A stretch of DNA of 63,759 nucleotides, filler included. It is 7 parts of 7 records of this genome, joined end to end, with 100 filler letters (N's around TTAATTAATTAA, not from the genome) between each part and the next. Parts side by side here need not be neighbours in the genome. Positions count along the whole stretch, not along the records: positions 55,328 to 63,759 come from DRR723986_11283; 6 more parts are not named here. One strand, written 5' to 3'. This document shows, one piece after another, positions 58,620 through 63,759 of this stretch (position 1 is the stretch's first letter; every line of letters begins with the position of its first letter). Made by a program: the position numbers and the translations under genes. The notes beneath the pieces are model-generated. The model had not been told where the DNA came from. It was given only the letters and a program-made list of their open reading frames with translations, and did not search any database.

Positions 58620-59390
58620 TTATCCTGTCACCACTGTTCCGCCGTCAACAACCATCATCTGTCCGGTCATCATCCGCGAGGTTTTGGAAGACAAAAACAA
58701 CACCGCGTCAACGATGTCCTGCGGGAGCAACTCTTCCTTGAGGCATTGCCGCTCAAGATGCGCAGCCAGCGCCTCTGGCGTCACCCAAAGATCGCGTTGT
58801 TTGTCGGTCATGACCCAGCCGGGGGCCAAGGCGTTGACGCGAATCTTGTCGGGGCCAAATTCGCGGGCAAGGCTGCGGCTCATGCCGTTGATGCCTGCGT
58901 TTGCCGTTGTGTAGGATGGGTAACCCGCGTTGCCCATCATGTAACTGATTGAGGAAAAGTTGACGATGGCACCGCCGCCCGCCGCCCGCATGCCTGCGAT
59001 CACCGCCTGACAGGCAAAGAAATAGGCCTTGAGGTTGATCGCCTGTGACCAATCCCAAAACTCTTCGGTGACGTCCTCGGTGTCGTGGCGTTTGTCATTG
59101 GCGGCGTTGTTCACCAAAACCGTCACCGCGCCGTGGGCTTCGGCGGCGGTTGAAATGGCCGATTGCAGGGCGCTGACATCAGTGATGTCGCAAGGGATGA
59201 ACAGCGGCCGCACCCCGTGTTTGTCTTGCATGTCATCGCAAAACCCGCTGGCATCCGAACGCTGGACAAAGGCGACCTTGGCGCCCTGTTCGATAAACCC
59301 TTCGGTGATCGCGGCACCAATGCCCGCCCCTCCGCCGGTGATGAAAACGGAGGCATCTTTGAGATCGTGAAACGTGGCTGTGGGCATCAA
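58620..59390 (-). CDS. SDR aldose dehydrogenase (probable galactose dehydrogenase, second copy)
   Basis: TGGGAGIG, NNAANDKRH. Collinear with and very similar to 37375-38142. Confidence 0.8.
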   Translation of the reverse strand: MMPTATFHDLKDASVFITGGGAGIGAAITEGFIEQGAKVAFVQRSDASGFCDDMQDKHGVRPLFIPCDITDVSALQSAISTAAEAHGAVTVLVNNAANDKRHDTEDVTEEFWDWSQAINLKAYFFACQAVIAGMRAAGGGAIVNFSSISYMMGNAGYPSYTTANAGINGMSRSLAREFGPDKIRVNALAPGWVMTDKQRDLWVTPEALAAHLERQCLKEELLPQDIVDAVLFLSSKTSRMMTGQMMVVDGGTVVTG

Positions 59391-61099
59391 TGGCTCTCTC
59401 TTGTGACGGGGCGGGTGTCCTTGCCGACGAGGAAATCGAGGTCTGCGCCTTGATCCGCTTGCAGGACATGATCAACATACATCTTTGCGTAGCCGCGTGT
59501 GTAATGGGCAGGGTCCGGCGCCCATGCGGCGCGGCGTTTGGCCAGTTCGGCCTCATCGACCAACAGCTCAAGCGATCCTTCGCTGGCCGACAGGCGGATG
59601 CGGTCACCGGTTTGCACCAGAGCCAATGTGCCACCCGCCTGCGCCTCCGGCGAGATGTGCAAAACCACGGTGCCATAGGCGGTGCCGGACATGCGGGCGT
59701 CAGACAGGCGCACCATATCGCGCACACCCTCTTTCACCAGACGGGCCGGGATCGGCATATTGCCCACCTCCGGCATGCCCGGATACCCCTTTGGCCCGCA
59801 GCCCTTAAGCACAAGGATCGTGTCCTTGGTCACCGGCAAATCTTCTCGGTCGATGTTGGCTTTGAAGTCCTCGATGCTCTCGAAAACGTAAGCTTCGGCC
59901 TCATGTTCCAGCAAGCTTTCGGTCGCGGCGGAGGGCTTGATGATCGCTCCCTGCGGCGCCAGATTGCCGCGCAGCACCCGCAGACCTGCGGCTGGTTTGA
60001 GCGGGTTGGACATCGGGCGGATCACATCCTCGTTCCAGCATTCCGCACCATCCGCATAGACCCCGATATCGCCGCCAAGGACCGTCCGGGCCGGGCGCAG
60101 CATCTGGCCCAACTCCTTGAGGACCACGGGCATCCCGCCCGCATAGCAGAAATCTTCCATCAGGTACTGCCCCGATGGCATACAATTGACAAGCAGGGGC
60201 ACATCACTGCCCAGTTCAAAATCATCCAAACTCAAGTCAATGCCGACCCGTCCCGCAATCGCCAGCAGATGCACCACCGCATTGGTGGATCCGCCCACCG
60301 CAGCATTGGCCAATATCGCGTTCTCAAAGCTTTCGCGGCTGACCACATCAGAAAGCTTTAGCTCTTCCTCGACCATCTCAACGATGCGTTTACCGGTCAT
60401 ATGGGCCAGCGCCATCCGGCGGCTGTCCACCGCCGGAAGCGCGGCATTGGTCGGCAGCGACAGACCCATCGCCTCGACCACAGAGGCCATCGTCGATGCG
60501 GTGCCCATGGTCATGCACACGCCCTTGGACCGGCTCATCCCGCTTTCGGCGGCCATGAAATCCTGCAAGGTCATTTCGCCCGCGCGCACCGCTTCGGAAA
60601 ACTTCCACACGTCCGTGCCAGAACCGATATCCTTGCCCTGCCACTTGCCGTTCAGCATCGGGCCAGAACTGACCACGATGGTCGGCAAATCAACCGAGGC
60701 CGCGCCCATCAACTGCCCCGGCGTGGTCTTGTCACACCCGCCAAGCAGGACAACGCCGTCAATCCCATAGGCGCGGATGGATTCCTCAACATCCATGGCA
60801 AGCAGGTTGCGAAACAGCATTGCCGTGGGCTTCATCTGGGTCTCGCCCAGCGACATCACCGGGAATTCAACCGGAAAACCGCCCGCCTCCCAAACGCCGC
60901 GTTTCACCCCTTCGGCCAGATCGCGCAGGCCGGAATTACACGGCGTGAGTTCGGACCATGTGTTGCAAATGCCGATGACGGGACGACCATCAAATACGTG
61001 GTCCGGGAACCCCTGATTTTTCATCCAGCTGCGGTGAATAAACCCGTCCCGGTCGGCCTTGCCATACCACGCCCGGTTTCTGCGTTTGTCATCTGTCAT
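59387..61099 (-). CDS. IlvD/Edd-family sugar-acid dehydratase (probable galactonate/arabinonate dehydratase)
   Basis: GFIHRSWMKNQG, TPCN, GCDKT, CMTMGTASTM, GGSTN, SDARMSGT. Confidence 0.88.
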   Translation of the reverse strand: MTDDKRRNRAWYGKADRDGFIHRSWMKNQGFPDHVFDGRPVIGICNTWSELTPCNSGLRDLAEGVKRGVWEAGGFPVEFPVMSLGETQMKPTAMLFRNLLAMDVEESIRAYGIDGVVLLGGCDKTTPGQLMGAASVDLPTIVVSSGPMLNGKWQGKDIGSGTDVWKFSEAVRAGEMTLQDFMAAESGMSRSKGVCMTMGTASTMASVVEAMGLSLPTNAALPAVDSRRMALAHMTGKRIVEMVEEELKLSDVVSRESFENAILANAAVGGSTNAVVHLLAIAGRVGIDLSLDDFELGSDVPLLVNCMPSGQYLMEDFCYAGGMPVVLKELGQMLRPARTVLGGDIGVYADGAECWNEDVIRPMSNPLKPAAGLRVLRGNLAPQGAIIKPSAATESLLEHEAEAYVFESIEDFKANIDREDLPVTKDTILVLKGCGPKGYPGMPEVGNMPIPARLVKEGVRDMVRLSDARMSGTAYGTVVLHISPEAQAGGTLALVQTGDRIRLSASEGSLELLVDEAELAKRRAAWAPDPAHYTRGYAKMYVDHVLQADQGADLDFLVGKDTRPVTRESH

Positions 61100-63180
61100 A
61101 GCCGTTTCCCTTCAATCACCCACATCCGGTCCGGGAAAGACCACGGCAGGGTGAGACCGTTGTTCATCAAATAGGCACCCGACAGCGTGACCGGCCCGTT
61201 GCGCAGCGCCGGTGCCCCGCGCGACAGCCGCTCGCGATCATCGCGGTTACGCAGATTGACCTCGTATGCGGCGTTTGCGTCCAACCCGGTCAGGCGCAGG
61301 GGGCGCGGCACAATCTGGCTGGTGGCAGCCGCAAGACCGGCAAAGGCTACAAAACGGCTGCCGTCCTCGGCCATCTGCTGCTCTGCGATCATTGCCGCAT
61401 CGCCTGTATCAAGGCGCAGAATATCGGCCCGCGCCATCCAATCGCGACTGGCCTTCCACCAGCCTGTGACATCGCGCAGGACATCGGCCTCAAGATCGGT
61501 CAATTCGCGCGGGTCCATCTCGAACCCCATGTGCCGCTGCGCCGCAACCCAAGCGCGGAACCTTATGTCATGTTTGCGCCCTGATGTGTGGCAATGAAAC
61601 GGGCCGACATGGCTTCCGGTGACGACCATCGGCAGGAACAACGCCGCGTTGTGCTGGATTTTTAGCCGTTCATGCGCGTCGTTACTGTCGGACAGCCAGA
61701 CCCGTTGCGTGCGCTCCAGAATGCCAAAATCAATGCGTCCGCCGCCCGAGGCGCAGCTTTCGATCTCGACCTCGGGATGGGCTGCGCCCAGCCGATCCAG
61801 CAGCGCATAGGTGCCGCGGGTTTGTGCGGCATCAGGCGCATGCAGAACCCGGTTGTGATCCCATTTGATATAGTCGATGGGATGCGCGGCCAGCAAGGCG
61901 GAGATCCGGTCAAAAAGGTAATCGCGCACCTCGGCCTGTGCCATATCGAGGACCAGTTGCTGCCTGCCGGTGATTTGGGTCTCGGGGCCAAGAACCCAGC
62001 TGGGATGGGTGCGGTAGGTGTCGCTGTCGGTGTTTATCATCTCTGGCTCGAACCACAGGCCAAAGGTCATGCCCAGACCCTGCACGTGTTCAATCAGCGG
62101 CCCCAGACCATCGGGATATTTCCGCGCATCCACCACCCAATCGCCAAGTGATGTGGTGTCGTCATCGCGTTTGCCAAACCATCCATCGTCCAGCACAAAC
62201 CGCTCGGCGCCCAGATCTGCCGCACGGGTGGCGATGTCATTGAGGTCCGGCAATTTGTGATCGAAATAGATCGCTTCCCAGCAGTTGTAATGCACCGGGC
62301 GCGGGCGGGCTGGATCGGGAAACCGCACAATCGCATCGCGCAGATGACGTTGAAACGCTGTGGCGCAGCCGTTGATCCCTTGCGCCGAGAATGTCGCATA
62401 CAGCGGAGCAGTGGCAAATTCTGTGCCCGGCTCCAATTCGGTGGCTGAGGCATTGCCGAACTGCACCTGTCTGCGACCATCGGGCAGTTCTTCGGCCACC
62501 ATCCGGTGTCCGCCGGACCAACCATAATGCAGGGCATAGGCATGGCCTTGAGTGTTGGTTGCGCCAAGACAAGGCAGGATCAAACCGGGGAAATGTTCAT
62601 GCCCGCTGCGGCCTGTGCGGCTTTCGCGCATGCGGATGCCCGCGGACCATAGGCTGTGCACCATCTGAAATTCACCGCACCAGCGACCCGCGAAATCAAT
62701 CATCTCATCGGCCAGTTGCGGCGCGGGAAGTACCGGCGCGGCCAGCCAGTCGAGGCGCACGGGATGATCGGAGGACAGTCGCGCTTGGGCCGAGATTATA
62801 TGCGTGGCGACATTGATGTTGAAGGTCGCAGTATAAGTCAGGCCCATTGCAGGGTCTTTGTAGACCAAAGTCAGCGAACGGGTGTCCTGCACCGCATCGG
62901 TCAAACGCAGGTCGGGATGGATCACCGCCCCGTCTGCGCCGCGCAGCGATAGACCGGCCTGACCGGGAAAGCTGCGCCCGGCGTCGGGGCAGATCGACAA
63001 GGCAGGCGCCTGATCCAGCATACCGCCGGTCACATCCTGCGTGCCTGCCGCATAAAGCGTTTCGAGGTTATCGCCTTCGGGCAGGGATGCGCCCCAATAG
63101 ACCACTTCGGCCAAACGCCCACCGGCGCAGCCCAAAACAAGGGACTGCTGTCCATCGTCCAACCGCCAGTTTTGGATCAT
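61096..63180 (-). CDS. Alpha-galactosidase, GH36
   Basis: HYNCWEA, FVLDDGWFG, FGLWFEPEM, YIKWDHNR, ESCASGGGR, WLSD. Confidence 0.93.
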   Translation of the reverse strand: MIQNWRLDDGQQSLVLGCAGGRLAEVVYWGASLPEGDNLETLYAAGTQDVTGGMLDQAPALSICPDAGRSFPGQAGLSLRGADGAVIHPDLRLTDAVQDTRSLTLVYKDPAMGLTYTATFNINVATHIISAQARLSSDHPVRLDWLAAPVLPAPQLADEMIDFAGRWCGEFQMVHSLWSAGIRMRESRTGRSGHEHFPGLILPCLGATNTQGHAYALHYGWSGGHRMVAEELPDGRRQVQFGNASATELEPGTEFATAPLYATFSAQGINGCATAFQRHLRDAIVRFPDPARPRPVHYNCWEAIYFDHKLPDLNDIATRAADLGAERFVLDDGWFGKRDDDTTSLGDWVVDARKYPDGLGPLIEHVQGLGMTFGLWFEPEMINTDSDTYRTHPSWVLGPETQITGRQQLVLDMAQAEVRDYLFDRISALLAAHPIDYIKWDHNRVLHAPDAAQTRGTYALLDRLGAAHPEVEIESCASGGGRIDFGILERTQRVWLSDSNDAHERLKIQHNAALFLPMVVTGSHVGPFHCHTSGRKHDIRFRAWVAAQRHMGFEMDPRELTDLEADVLRDVTGWWKASRDWMARADILRLDTGDAAMIAEQQMAEDGSRFVAFAGLAAATSQIVPRPLRLTGLDANAAYEVNLRNRDDRERLSRGAPALRNGPVTLSGAYLMNNGLTLPWSFPDRMWVIEGKRL

Positions 63181-63759
63181 TTCACGGCCCCAAGGGTCAG
63201 ACCGGCGATAAAGTGTTTTTGCATCAGGAAGAACATCAAGACAGGTGGCATTGCCGCCACGATAGACCCTGCTGATACCAGATGCCATGCCGCAACCCAT
63301 TGCCCGTTGAGGGAATAAAGACCTGCGGTGATGGGCTGTGTGTCGGCCCCTTGGGTCAGAACGGTTGCCCAAAAATAGTCATTCCAGATGAACGTGAAAA
63401 TCAGCACTGAAAGCGCGGCAATCGCGGGCTTCATCAGCGGCATGACGACATACCAGAAGATCTTGATTTCGCTCACGCCTTCGACGCGCGCCGCTTCGAT
63501 CAGGGCATAGGGCATCGCTTTGATAAAGTTGCGCATGAACAGGGTGCAAAATCCGGTTTGAAAGGCGATGTGAAACAGCGCCAGCCCCATGGTGGTGTTA
63601 TAAATGCCGAGGTTCAGCGACAGATCGCGCACCGGCACCATCAGGATCTGAAAGGGTACAAAATTGCCCGCAACGAACATGAAAAACAACGGCAGATTGG
63701 ATTTGAACCGGTACACGCCCAGGGCAAACCCGGTCATGCAGGACAGGGCCACCGCGCCG
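63177..63759 (-). CDS. Carbohydrate ABC transporter permease (MalG-like), 5'-truncated
   Basis: EAA loop LIEAARVEG and WNDYFWA. Confidence 0.9.
   Translation of the reverse strand, partial: GAVALSCMTGFALGVYRFKSNLPLFFMFVAGNFVPFQILMVPVRDLSLNLGIYNTTMGLALFHIAFQTGFCTLFMRNFIKAMPYALIEAARVEGVSEIKIFWYVVMPLMKPAIAALSVLIFTFIWNDYFWATVLTQGADTQPITAGLYSLNGQWVAAWHLVSAGSIVAAMPPVLMFFLMQKHFIAGLTLGAVK

Overview
This window is not one continuous locus. It is seven unrelated contig fragments joined by six artificial 100-nt spacers (N44-TTAATTAATTAA-N44), so gene adjacency across spacers means nothing. Fragment 1 (1-10175) looks like a Bacteroidota/Ignavibacteria/Kapabacteria-type organism. It has a repeat- and hairpin-rich non-coding stretch, a 1512-aa T9SS-secreted surface protein, an NptA-type Na/Pi cotransporter, and a stand-alone RloC-like zinc-hook ABC-ATPase with a possible HEPN nuclease tail. 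Fragments 2-7 are Rhodobacteraceae/Roseobacter-type DNA from at least two genomes. Fragment 2 is the prfB-acylase-DEAD helicase-trpE-ppiD-gpt-fabI region. Fragment 3 is moaE-moaD-pgsA-uvrC with a DnaA-box cluster that is a strong oriC candidate. Fragment 4 is rplS-rpmE-[ABM/NIPSNAP/ArsR cassette]-mipZ plus a De Ley-Doudoroff galactose cluster. Fragment 5 is hpaE/hpaR next to a class III aminotransferase-IclR-TTT-ALDH cluster, a candidate biogenic-amine catabolic route. Fragment 6 is tig-hemP-bhcRABCD-NlpC/P60 lipoprotein-tRNA. Fragment 7 is a second, diverged galactose cluster. I saw no CRISPR array, transposase or integrase. Most genes are ordinary. The best leads are the RloC-like gene, the amine-catabolism cluster, the oriC, the twin-operator ArsR cassette, the structured helicase leader and two 11-bp-phased ACACC repeat elements. 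All assignments come from motif recognition by eye; no searches were run.
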